From Bacteroidota bacterium (GTDB taxonomy: Bacteria > Bacteroidota > Bacteroidia > Chitinophagales > Chitinophagaceae), in NCBI GenBank assembly GCA_048497855.1, contig JBEHZB010000006.1:108153-172152 (forward strand): 64,000 nt of DNA, in the 5' to 3' direction. Numbering within the stretch: the stretch's first letter is position 1; each line of letters starts with the position of its first letter. This document shows, piece by piece, positions 27,339 to 35,156 of the stretch. The notes under the pieces are model-generated. The model did no database searches, was not told where the DNA came from, and saw nothing but the letters and a program-made list of their open reading frames with translations. The translations under genes were made by a program, and so were the position numbers.

Positions 27339-27526
27339 TTTACTTAATTTTTAGGTTAAAAAGTTTGTTTTGTTTCTTGTATATATAAGACGGTAGATGG
27401 AATGCGCAGTTTAAGCGGGTTATTGGCGGGAGAGTTAAAAGGGAGTTAAGGTGCAGAGGGATTGTTTAACGGCTTGATGGTTCTATTGTTTAATTGTTAT
27501 GTAGGGATTGCATCGTTTGTTGTCAA

Positions 27527-28030
27527 TCGCCTATTGTCGTTTTACCCCTACTCCCCTTCCCGAAATAATCGGGATGTTTCAAAAGGGAAGAAATGGAGAA
27601 GATTATATTTCTTTTACGTATTCCGGTTGGCTGCCGCCCAAAGTCATTTTTTATCATGAAAGCTTGCCGGAATTTCTGCGAAGGAATCATGATGATCATG
27701 AAAATCTGCCGGAACTTCCGCAAAGGCGTCATGATGATAACGACGGCCTGCCAGGAATCCTGCGAAGCCATCATTATTATAATGATGGTATCCAGGTAAT
27801 TAATGCGGCCAATCAGTAATAAAAGTCATAATTGTATTATAATCAATCATTTAAGACATCAAAGCATGAAAATTAGCCCGGATTTGCAGCGACTCACCGG
27901 CATGATACCGGTACCTTGCCCGAACTTCGGCGAAAGGATCGGTATTATACCGAAAGCTTGCCGGAACTTCCGCGAAGGAACCGGCATCGTACCGGAGGCC
28001 TCCCAGGAAACGAAGGAGTCGAGGGGTAAG
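27527..28030. repeat. 42-bp in-phase tandem array (7 well-preserved units at 27653, 27695, 27737, 27863, 27905, 27947, 27989, plus decayed units between and upstream)
   Basis: I aligned the units by eye. The conserved core is gcYtgccggaaYttccgcgaagg. The offset from the 27653 unit to the 27863 unit is 210 = 5 x 42. Each unit holds an 11-nt core palindrome and a unit-junction hairpin, both showing pairing-preserving substitutions. Confidence 0.85.
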
Positions 28031-28090
28031 GAAAAACGTAATTTATTAAAGATCAATGGGATAATGGCTAAATGGATTTATTGCTACATA

Positions 28091-28117
28091 GGTTAATTGT
28101 TGATAAACCAATTAACC
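28091..28117. repeat. word hairpin ggttaattg / caattaacc flanking the 42-bp array
   Basis: Perfect 9-bp arms with a 9-nt loop. Confidence 0.6.
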
Positions 28118-28369
28118 CATAAAGCTATTTAACCATTTGAATTACCTTTTTTGTCCTTAAAGTAACATATCTCTTATAAAGGCAAAATCTTCGAAAAGAT
28201 AGCATCCCGCTTAAAATATTAATAGTAAGGAACTTATTCACCAGTTTATGAATTATAAACCCATAGTGTGGATTTTTTTCGACCTATTTTAACGATCTGC
28301 AATAAATAAAATTAAGGCACAATAAATGCATAAATGTTTGTGGTTTTTCATAGGATATTGGATTTTAAC

Positions 28370-28402
28370 GAGGTACTGTTTTCACAGTGGCCTCTTTTTT
28401 TT
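28370..28402 (+). terminator. plus-strand-oriented intrinsic terminator with no annotated plus-strand gene upstream
   Basis: The hairpin is gagg-ta-ctgt tttc acag-tgg-cctc, followed by T8 (28395-28402). The T-run overlaps the stop codon of the minus-strand gene 28401..29189. There is no T-run in the minus orientation. Confidence 0.5.
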
Positions 28403-29189
28403 AATCATACTCCTTCTTTATCAGGCCGATCAATTCTTTAGTAAGTGTTTGTTGTTTTTTTAAAGCACTGCGATACAATCTTAAGGATGCCCGGTAACCT
28501 GCAAAATCATTATAGCAGGCAATTATTTTTGTTCTGTCAGTTGTTGCCAGGTCTATCTTATCTCCCATCAGTGTACAAAGCTCATCATTGGAATACTGTT
28601 TTATATCGGTACTTTTTTCTGAACGAAGCCTCGCCTGCAGATCGATCCGGTATTTATAATTGTACACCTGCTTTTCTGTAGATAACAGTTCTTTATAAGC
28701 ATCCAGTACATATTGGGCTTCCTGGTCGCAAAAATCTTTTCCTACATCATATACAGCAATGCCGTCAGCCACATTCTTTTTATCGATCAGGCTAAGGCCG
28801 CCATTATATTTTAACTGGATTATCGTTCGCTCGGTAAAATTCACCTTATCAGGAAACCAGTCGTATTTCATTGTAAAAAGATAATTCAGCTTTATGGCAT
28901 TTATATTATCCATCGGCTGCTGCATCTGGTCAAGCGCAGAGTCGAGCCCTGTTATAGATTCGCTTATCTGGGCTATTATATCGCTTAATTTAACCGTATC
29001 CTTAACCAGGTCGGTACTAAGCGACGACATATATTGTGCTGCTTTTTCCCTGTCATCGCTGTTCTCTTTATTTTTTTGAACAACAATACCCAGGTACACA
29101 CCTATGGTAGTAATGATAATAGGAAAAATGATGTTGGTGCAAAAAGGGTACAGGAAATTCTTGTACAACTTAGATTCAAGGAAACGCAT
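28401..29189 (-). CDS. hypothetical membrane-anchored protein
   Basis: 262-aa ORF with one N-terminal TM helix (IIFPIIITTIGVYLGIVV), then a predicted helical soluble region. No motif recognised. AT-richer than its flanks. Confidence 0.55.
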   Translation of the reverse strand: MRFLESKLYKNFLYPFCTNIIFPIIITTIGVYLGIVVQKNKENSDDREKAAQYMSSLSTDLVKDTVKLSDIIAQISESITGLDSALDQMQQPMDNINAIKLNYLFTMKYDWFPDKVNFTERTIIQLKYNGGLSLIDKKNVADGIAVYDVGKDFCDQEAQYVLDAYKELLSTEKQVYNYKYRIDLQARLRSEKSTDIKQYSNDELCTLMGDKIDLATTDRTKIIACYNDFAGYRASLRLYRSALKKQQTLTKELIGLIKKEYD

Positions 29190-29220
29190 AAGGCAATGGT
29201 TTATTTTGGTACTTTAGGGA

Positions 29221-29637
29221 ATGGAAATATCAGGTATAGTTAATTATGAAGTTATAGTAAAAAAAAGTACCATTCATGGCAGAGGCGTATTTTCTCTTCA
29301 ACAGATAAAGAAGCGTAAAAAAGTAGGTTCGCTGGCAGGAACAATTACTACTATCCGCAAGATCCGCCAGCAAATAAAGTTGAAGAAAAGTATAGCTGCC
29401 GTAGAACTGGACCACGGCCTGGCTTTAGATGCCACGGGTTTTAAGAACGAGCTGTGTTTTATTAACCACTCCTGCCGGCCCAATTGCTACATGAGGATAA
29501 TAAATAAACATGTGGAGATATACACGCTGCGATCTATAAAAAAGAATGAAGAACTTACCTGTAATTACGGCGAAACACATCACGATGGTAAACTGGCCTG
29601 CAACTGCGGCAAAGAATATTGCAGGGGAAAGCTGTAA
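29221..29637 (+). CDS. SET domain-containing protein-lysine N-methyltransferase-like protein
   Basis: 138-aa ORF with GRGVF, NHSCRPNC and EELTCNY motifs plus a C-terminal Cys cluster (CNCGKEYC) resembling a post-SET Zn site. Confidence 0.8.
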   Translation: MEISGIVNYEVIVKKSTIHGRGVFSLQQIKKRKKVGSLAGTITTIRKIRQQIKLKKSIAAVELDHGLALDATGFKNELCFINHSCRPNCYMRIINKHVEIYTLRSIKKNEELTCNYGETHHDGKLACNCGKEYCRGKL

Positions 29638-29699
29638 GCTTGAAGCAAAAAGCCATTAGCGTTCTGCTTTTGGTTTTCTGCTTTCGCTTTAAGCTTTTT
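29636..29699 (+). terminator. long word hairpin plus T-run after the SET-domain gene
   Basis: aagcttgaagcaaaaagc (29636-29653) pairs with gctttcgctttaagctt (29680-29696) over about 15 bp. A T5 run follows. Confidence 0.55.
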
Positions 29700-29923
29700 G
29701 TAGCCGAAATACTACAACAGTTCCATTATTATATTGACAAAACTGCGCCGGCCAGATTATATATTTGTTCCGGTTAATTGCATAGAAATTCCTTTTCGCG
29801 AAGAAGCCCTACATAGCACTGTGTGGGCTTCTTTATTATATAGTTGCTGAGAAAAAGGATGCTTATAAATAAACAGGGTAATTAGTATAATGATACTGTC
29901 AGGAGCAGGGTTATTTCCTTTAG

Positions 29924-31531
29924 CTAGTATTTATTTTTTGGCTTTACAGTTGTAATAATGCCGTTCACATATTTGCGTGTTTTTTCAGCCTCTGCCAAAT
30001 AAGTTACGTTAAGGCTTTTTTGTTTAAATGCTGTAAAAAGACTTGCTTTTAATATTTCATCTTCCTGTTCCTGGGAAATAAAATTATAACAACAGGCCGC
30101 ATCGGCTCTTGTCTTAAGCCAATCATTATCGGGCAAAAAATGAATATTGTACTCCAAAGGACCACCTAATGCAGGAACATAATAATATTTTTTTTGTTCT
30201 GCTACAGTAACCCTGGATTTGCTGATAAGCCAAAAATTATTTCTTGACTGTTTTAAATCTTGTACTAATGCAAGGATACTGTTGGGTTGTTTCCTTACTT
30301 TTCCGGATTCCATAACAACTATATTAGTATTATAAAAACCATTAGCATTTCTTATATAGGGAAAATATTCTGCTGCAGAATTCGGCAGCATGATCAAAAT
30401 ATTTTCTGTTATATTACTGGGCCTGTTAAAATCTGAACTAATGATGCCTCTGAAACCGGAATAAATTATATTCCTGTTGAATTGTTGCAATACGGGCCCC
30501 TTGTATATTTGATCTGCAATATCAATTTGTATAGAGCCGAAAATAATACAATTGGATATAGTAGAATTTAAGCTATACATGCCCACTCCTTGTAGCCCAT
30601 CGGAATAACCATTTGTAGGATCTGCGATAAAGCATGAATCAATCAATACGTTTTCTGAAGACAACGTTGTAACTATTTGGAAACCTTTATTAAAACGCAT
30701 GGAACAATTTCTAATCACAACATCTTTTAATTGCCCGGTACCAAATTCATTTTCTACATCAATACCTGCTCCTGGCATATGCCATCCATATGCGCCTGTT
30801 GATCCGGTAGAATCAAATTCTGAGTTATAACATTTGATATTATGTCCTTTAACAATACTAATCCCCTGCCTGGCATTATTTTTTGCTTTACAATTAAGAA
30901 TACTTATATCATCGCCATTACTCTTTATTAGAAATCCATCAGCAGCAAAATGGTTCGCTGTTACATTTTTAATAATGATCCGGCTACTTACATCTGTTTC
31001 CTTTTCATCATCGATCCTTACTCCATAACATTGACCTTCTACTACCCCGCTTTCTTTTTTCATTTGCAGCACTCCTCCATCCAGTATAATATCTGACAAT
31101 AAAACATCTTTACAGTTAACAAAATAAAATGGAGCTACTGTATTCCTATACGAATATTTATAGATGCGGTCAAGAGACTGATAACCATTTGTTCTTGTAA
31201 AATTGCCATTGATTCGTATTTTACTGTTATTGCCTCGTATAATAAGCCCTTTACAGTTCATGAAAATAATATCAGTAATCTTATTAGCATCGTCACCACC
31301 ATGAATTTTATAGGAAGCAATATAATATTTCCCGAAAGGGATATTCAACGTGCCTCCTCCGGCTCTGGAAATAACTTCAGCAGCTTTTAAAAAAGCGGCA
31401 TAGCAATCTGTTCTGTCATCAGCCCTTGCGCCAAAATCTTTAACAAGATCATATGTTTTTTTTACCTGGCTAAAAGCCGGTACATGAAATGATGCCAGTA
31501 GTAATAGAAGCCAGGAAAAGTTTTTCAGCAT
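29924..31531 (-). CDS. right-handed parallel beta-helix repeat protein (pectate-lyase-3 / GH28-related superfamily)
   Basis: 535-aa ORF with a signal peptide. The N-terminal VKDFGARADDRTDCYAAFLKAAE motif is typical of Pectate_lyase_3 N-termini. It has repeated beta-helix coil-like segments and is markedly AT-rich. Confidence 0.65.
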   Translation of the reverse strand: MLKNFSWLLLLLASFHVPAFSQVKKTYDLVKDFGARADDRTDCYAAFLKAAEVISRAGGGTLNIPFGKYYIASYKIHGGDDANKITDIIFMNCKGLIIRGNNSKIRINGNFTRTNGYQSLDRIYKYSYRNTVAPFYFVNCKDVLLSDIILDGGVLQMKKESGVVEGQCYGVRIDDEKETDVSSRIIIKNVTANHFAADGFLIKSNGDDISILNCKAKNNARQGISIVKGHNIKCYNSEFDSTGSTGAYGWHMPGAGIDVENEFGTGQLKDVVIRNCSMRFNKGFQIVTTLSSENVLIDSCFIADPTNGYSDGLQGVGMYSLNSTISNCIIFGSIQIDIADQIYKGPVLQQFNRNIIYSGFRGIISSDFNRPSNITENILIMLPNSAAEYFPYIRNANGFYNTNIVVMESGKVRKQPNSILALVQDLKQSRNNFWLISKSRVTVAEQKKYYYVPALGGPLEYNIHFLPDNDWLKTRADAACCYNFISQEQEDEILKASLFTAFKQKSLNVTYLAEAEKTRKYVNGIITTVKPKNKY

Positions 31532-31543
31532 AAGTATATTTAT

Positions 31544-31996
31544 TTACTTCCTCAACAACCCAATCTGCCCCAAATGATACGCATCATGTTGCAGGCAACC
31601 CAATATTAACTGGTAAAATGTTTGCCCTTCTACCGGCGAAGGTTTATCAAGGTTCTCTTCTTTAACAATATGTATAGCATTGCGAAGCAAATGATATGCC
31701 GCTTCAAAATCCTGCAGGGTCTGTTTCCAGTTGGCTTCATTCAATTCTTCAGGTAATAAAAAATCAGGAAAGGGCGGCGGGTTACTGTTGCCGCTAAGAC
31801 GGTTCACTACTACACTGCGCCAATACGTAAGATGCGCTACCAACTGCCAGATGGTGTTATAGCCGGGCGCAATAGCTTTAGCCGCTTTATCAGCATTCAC
31901 ACCATGCAGCGCCTCTTTAAAATTGGTACCTATCCAGCAATCGCCGTGCTGCAGGTCGGTAAATAGTTTTAGTATGCGGTTAATCTCATTACCCAT
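31544..31996 (-). CDS. DinB family protein
   Basis: 150-aa ORF whose His triad context (WQLVAHLTYW ... HDAYHLGQI) is typical of the DinB/YfiT four-helix bundle. Confidence 0.8.
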   Translation of the reverse strand: MGNEINRILKLFTDLQHGDCWIGTNFKEALHGVNADKAAKAIAPGYNTIWQLVAHLTYWRSVVVNRLSGNSNPPPFPDFLLPEELNEANWKQTLQDFEAAYHLLRNAIHIVKEENLDKPSPVEGQTFYQLILGCLQHDAYHLGQIGLLRK

Positions 31997-32008
31997 ATTT
32001 TTGTAAGT

Positions 32009-32128
32009 AGTTAATGGTTAATAGTTCATGGTTAATGGTGGCTTGACAAATTTACATTTTCCATATCAATAAAAACACCTGCAATATTTGAACGCTAGCG
32101 ATTAACTATTAACCATTAACGATTAACT
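32009..32128. repeat. inverted heptamer-word arrays (gttaatg-type) flanking the DinB / carboxyltransferase divergent promoter region
   Basis: gttaatggttaatagtt (32010-32026) is the exact reverse complement of aactattaaccattaac (32104-32120), with a 77-nt spacer. The right array abuts the ATG at 32129. Confidence 0.85.
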
Positions 32129-33760
32129 ATGGAGGATATAGAATTCAACAAAAACGAAGATGCGATGAAGCTTTCCTGGAGCCGCGTAAAGCAGCAACTG
32201 GAAAAAATATATGAAGGCGGCGGGAAAAAGTCGTTAGAAAAACAACGGGAGCGTAATAAGCTTACCGCAAGAGAACGCATTGCTTACCTGTGCGATGCGG
32301 ATAAACCTTTTATTGAGATAGGCGCATTTGCAGGCTTTGAAATGTATGCAGAACAAGGTGGCTGCCCGGCCGGTGGTACCGTAAGCGGACTTGCTTATGT
32401 AAATGGCAGACAATGTATTGTGGTTGCTAATGATCAAACAGTAAAAGCAGGTGCATGGTTCCCTATCAGCGGTAAAAAGAATTTACGCATGCAGGAGATC
32501 GCTATGGAAAACAAGCTGCCCATAATTTATCTGGTTGACAGCGCCGGTGTTTTCCTTCCGATGCAGGATGAGATCTTTCCTGATAAAGAACATTTCGGCC
32601 GCATCTTTCGCAACAATGCCAAGATGAGTGCAATGGGCATTACACAAATAGCTGCCGTAATGGGCGCTTGTGTTGCAGGTGGTGCTTACCTTCCGATCAT
32701 GAGCGATGAAACATTGATGGTAGAAGGCAATGGTTCTATCTTTCTCGCAGGAAGTTATTTGGTGAAGGCTGCTATTGGTGAAGATATTGATAATGAAACG
32801 CTAGGCGGCGCTGAAACACATAATGCATTAAGCGGTATTGCCGATTATAAATTTGCTACAGAAAAAGAATGCCTGGATTATATTAAGAAGCTGATGAGCA
32901 AGCTGGCAAAGCCTCAAACAGCCGGTTTCAATCGTATTGCTGCTGTTAAACCAAAAGCAGGTAAAGAAGAAATATACGGTTTACAAAACGAAGGCAATAC
33001 TAAACCATACGATATGGTGAAGCTTATTGAATGCATTACCGATGCAGATAGCTTTGATCAGTTCAAGGAAGAGTATGGCAAAAGTATTGTTTGTGGTTAT
33101 GGACGTATAGAAGGCTGGGCAGTGGGCATTGTTGCCAACCAGCGCCTTATCGTTAAAAGTAAAAAAGGTGAAATGCAGATGGGTGGTGTTATCTATAATG
33201 ACAGCGCCGATAAAGCGGCCCGCTTTATTATGAACTGCAACCAAAAAAAGATACCGCTTGTTTTTTTACAGGATGTTACCGGCTTTATGGTAGGCAGCCG
33301 CAGCGAACATTCCGGCATTATAAAAGATGGCGCCAAGCTGGTGAATGCAGTAGCTAATTCTGTGGTACCAAAGATCACGATCATTGTAGGTAATTCGTAC
33401 GGTGCAGGTAATTATGCCATGTGCGGCAAAGCATACGATCCTCGCTTTATTTATGCATGGCCATCGGCAAAGATCGCAGTGATGGGCGGTGAGCAGGCTG
33501 CTAAAACATTATTGCAGATACAGGTAGCTTCTTTAAAAAGCAAAGGCGAAGAGATCACCAAAGAAGTGGAAGATAAATTACTGAAGGAGATCATGGACCG
33601 TTATCAATCACAAACCTTACCGCAATATGCCGCTGCAAGGTTGTGGGTAGATGCGATCATTGATCCCGGTGAAACAAGAAGGGTTATTGCAGAAGGTATT
33701 GCTGCTGCTGATCATAATAATGATATACCTGAATTTAAAACGGGAGTGTTCCAGGTGTAA
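32129..33760 (+). CDS. acyl-CoA carboxylase carboxyltransferase (beta) subunit, methylcrotonyl-/propionyl-CoA carboxylase type
   Basis: 543-aa ORF with two crotonase-like carboxyltransferase halves. It has the typical LTARERI N-terminal motif, the GGAYLP oxyanion region and GNSYGAGNYAMCG. Confidence 0.9.
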   Translation: MEDIEFNKNEDAMKLSWSRVKQQLEKIYEGGGKKSLEKQRERNKLTARERIAYLCDADKPFIEIGAFAGFEMYAEQGGCPAGGTVSGLAYVNGRQCIVVANDQTVKAGAWFPISGKKNLRMQEIAMENKLPIIYLVDSAGVFLPMQDEIFPDKEHFGRIFRNNAKMSAMGITQIAAVMGACVAGGAYLPIMSDETLMVEGNGSIFLAGSYLVKAAIGEDIDNETLGGAETHNALSGIADYKFATEKECLDYIKKLMSKLAKPQTAGFNRIAAVKPKAGKEEIYGLQNEGNTKPYDMVKLIECITDADSFDQFKEEYGKSIVCGYGRIEGWAVGIVANQRLIVKSKKGEMQMGGVIYNDSADKAARFIMNCNQKKIPLVFLQDVTGFMVGSRSEHSGIIKDGAKLVNAVANSVVPKITIIVGNSYGAGNYAMCGKAYDPRFIYAWPSAKIAVMGGEQAAKTLLQIQVASLKSKGEEITKEVEDKLLKEIMDRYQSQTLPQYAAARLWVDAIIDPGETRRVIAEGIAAADHNNDIPEFKTGVFQV

Positions 33761-33889
33761 GCCAAGCCCCATCCCTAAAGGGAGTTAGGCTTGATGATCT
33801 TTTTGTTTATGGGAGCAGATATTCATTCGAAGTTTAAGCCGTACAACAATTAAGCAATAAAACAATTAAGCCATTTACCAATTCATCCA

Positions 33890-34351
33890 TTGAATACTAT
33901 AACAATTTATACCGACGGTGCTTCACGTGGCAATCCCGGCCCGGGCGGTTTTGGCACTATACTGATGTATAACCATCATCGTAAAGAAATAGCAAAAGGC
34001 TTCAGGCTTACTACCAATAATCGTATGGAACTGATGGCCGTTATTGAAGGACTGAAGGCATTGAAGAAAACTGATATGCCGGTAAGGATATATTCCGACA
34101 GTCAGTATGTAGTGAAAGCGATAGAAGAAGGCTGGCTGAAGAACTGGATAAAGACAGATTTTAAGGGCGGCAAAAAAAACAAAGATCTGTGGACAGAATA
34201 TCACGAGCTTGCTAAAAAGTTTGCTGTTAAAATGGTTTGGGTAAAAGGACATGCCGATAATCCATTTAATAACCGCTGCGATGAATTGGCTACAACTGCC
34301 GCTGATGGAAAACACCTTGAAGTTGATGAATGGTATGAAGAGAATGGTTAA
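33890..34351 (+). CDS. rnhA: ribonuclease HI
   Basis: 153-aa ORF with a TTG start at 33890. It has IYTDGASRGNPGPGG, NNRMEL, SDSQY and WVKGHADNPFNNRCDELA, covering the DEDD catalytic residues. Confidence 0.9.
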   Translation: MNTITIYTDGASRGNPGPGGFGTILMYNHHRKEIAKGFRLTTNNRMELMAVIEGLKALKKTDMPVRIYSDSQYVVKAIEEGWLKNWIKTDFKGGKKNKDLWTEYHELAKKFAVKMVWVKGHADNPFNNRCDELATTAADGKHLEVDEWYEENG

Positions 34352-34356
34352 GAATT

Positions 34357-34428
34357 TCACGCAAAGCCGTAAAGAGAACGCAAAAGATTCTTTGCAGCTT
34401 TTGCATTTTAACCTAGCGCCTTGGCGTG
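34357..34428. repeat. GC-rich word hairpin (tcacgcaaagcc ... gccttggcgtg) with nested gcaaaag/cttttgc stem
   Basis: Outer arms are complementary at 9/11 positions, and the inner stem is a perfect 7 bp (34380-34386 / 34398-34404). It lies between rnhA and the PP-loop gene. Confidence 0.6.
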
Positions 34429-34438
34429 CAACTAAATC

Positions 34439-35152
34439 ATGATCGAAAAATTTATAAAAAACAAACTTCCTCCTGCTACTGTCACCTTTTCATTTGGTGG
34501 CGAAAATAAAAATACGCTTTGCAGTTGGAGCGGTGGTAAAGACAGTTGCTTTGCTTTAATGCAGGCAATGCAACAAGGCTATACCCCTAAAGTATTATTG
34601 AATGTACTGAATGAAGAAGGAAAGATCTCCCGCAGTCATGGTATACCTGCCGCTATTTTGCAATTGCAGGCAAAAGCTGCAGGGTTACCTATACAATTGG
34701 TCAGCAGCAGTTGGGCCGATTATGAAACAAAGTTTACCGCAACTCTTTCTGAACTTAAAGAAGAGTATGATCTTACCCATGCGATATTTGGTGATATTGA
34801 CCTGCAGGATCACCGCGACTGGGAAGAAAAGGTTTGTGCCAATGCCGGGTTAACTGCTCTCCTCCCCTTATGGCAACAAGACAGGGAACAACTGGTTATG
34901 CAAATGCTGGATGCCGGCATCAAAACCATGATTGTAAGCTGTAATGAGGTGCTTGGCCCATCTTTTTTAGGAAGAATTATTGATAAGGATTGTATTGCTG
35001 ATCTGCGAAATGCAGGCGTTGATGTTTGCGGGGAGAATGGTGAGTTCCATACATTGGTGCTGGATTGCCCGTTATTTGATGAAGCTGTACATATTGTTGT
35101 TAAGAATAAGGTATTACACGATAAGTATTGGTTCGCTGAATTGGAACCTTAA
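34439..35152 (+). CDS. PP-loop ATP pyrophosphatase, Dph6/MJ0570-related (diphthine-ammonia-ligase-like) family
   Basis: 237-aa ORF with PP-loop SWSGGKDS. Downstream FGDI and ENGEFHT motifs are characteristic of the MJ0570 family. Confidence 0.7.
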   Translation: MIEKFIKNKLPPATVTFSFGGENKNTLCSWSGGKDSCFALMQAMQQGYTPKVLLNVLNEEGKISRSHGIPAAILQLQAKAAGLPIQLVSSSWADYETKFTATLSELKEEYDLTHAIFGDIDLQDHRDWEEKVCANAGLTALLPLWQQDREQLVMQMLDAGIKTMIVSCNEVLGPSFLGRIIDKDCIADLRNAGVDVCGENGEFHTLVLDCPLFDEAVHIVVKNKVLHDKYWFAELEP

Positions 35153-35156
35153 TATT

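Noticed and set aside
27653-28030. CRISPR array interpretation of the 42-bp repeats
   Set aside because: There are no unique spacers, because the variable parts are short self-complementary hairpins related to one another. The units are contiguous with a total period of 42 bp, and no cas genes or leader are present in the window.
27508-28096. ORF-track entries across the 42-bp array (27508..27819+, 27593..27799+, 27803..28096+, 27523..27774-, 27859..28056-) that translate into 14-aa repeats such as LPEFLRRNHDD or KACRNFREG
   Set aside because: Several frames on both strands are open at once, as expected for a stop-free repeat. The best plus-strand frame changes between the two halves of the array. 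There is no signal peptide, start context or recognisable domain. The inter-unit substitutions preserve base pairing rather than amino acids. The 42 = 14 x 3 period is noted, but it has a 1-in-3 chance of being coincidental.
32043-32071. E. coli-type sigma70 promoter (TTGACA at 32043-32048 with atcaat 17 nt downstream) in the DinB/carboxyltransferase spacer
   Set aside because: Bacteroidetes primary sigma recognises -33/-7 elements, not -35/-10, and the -10 match is poor (3/6). A near-consensus -7 box (aataTTTG, 32082-32089) is the more plausible element, but it is also imperfect, so neither was listed as a feature.
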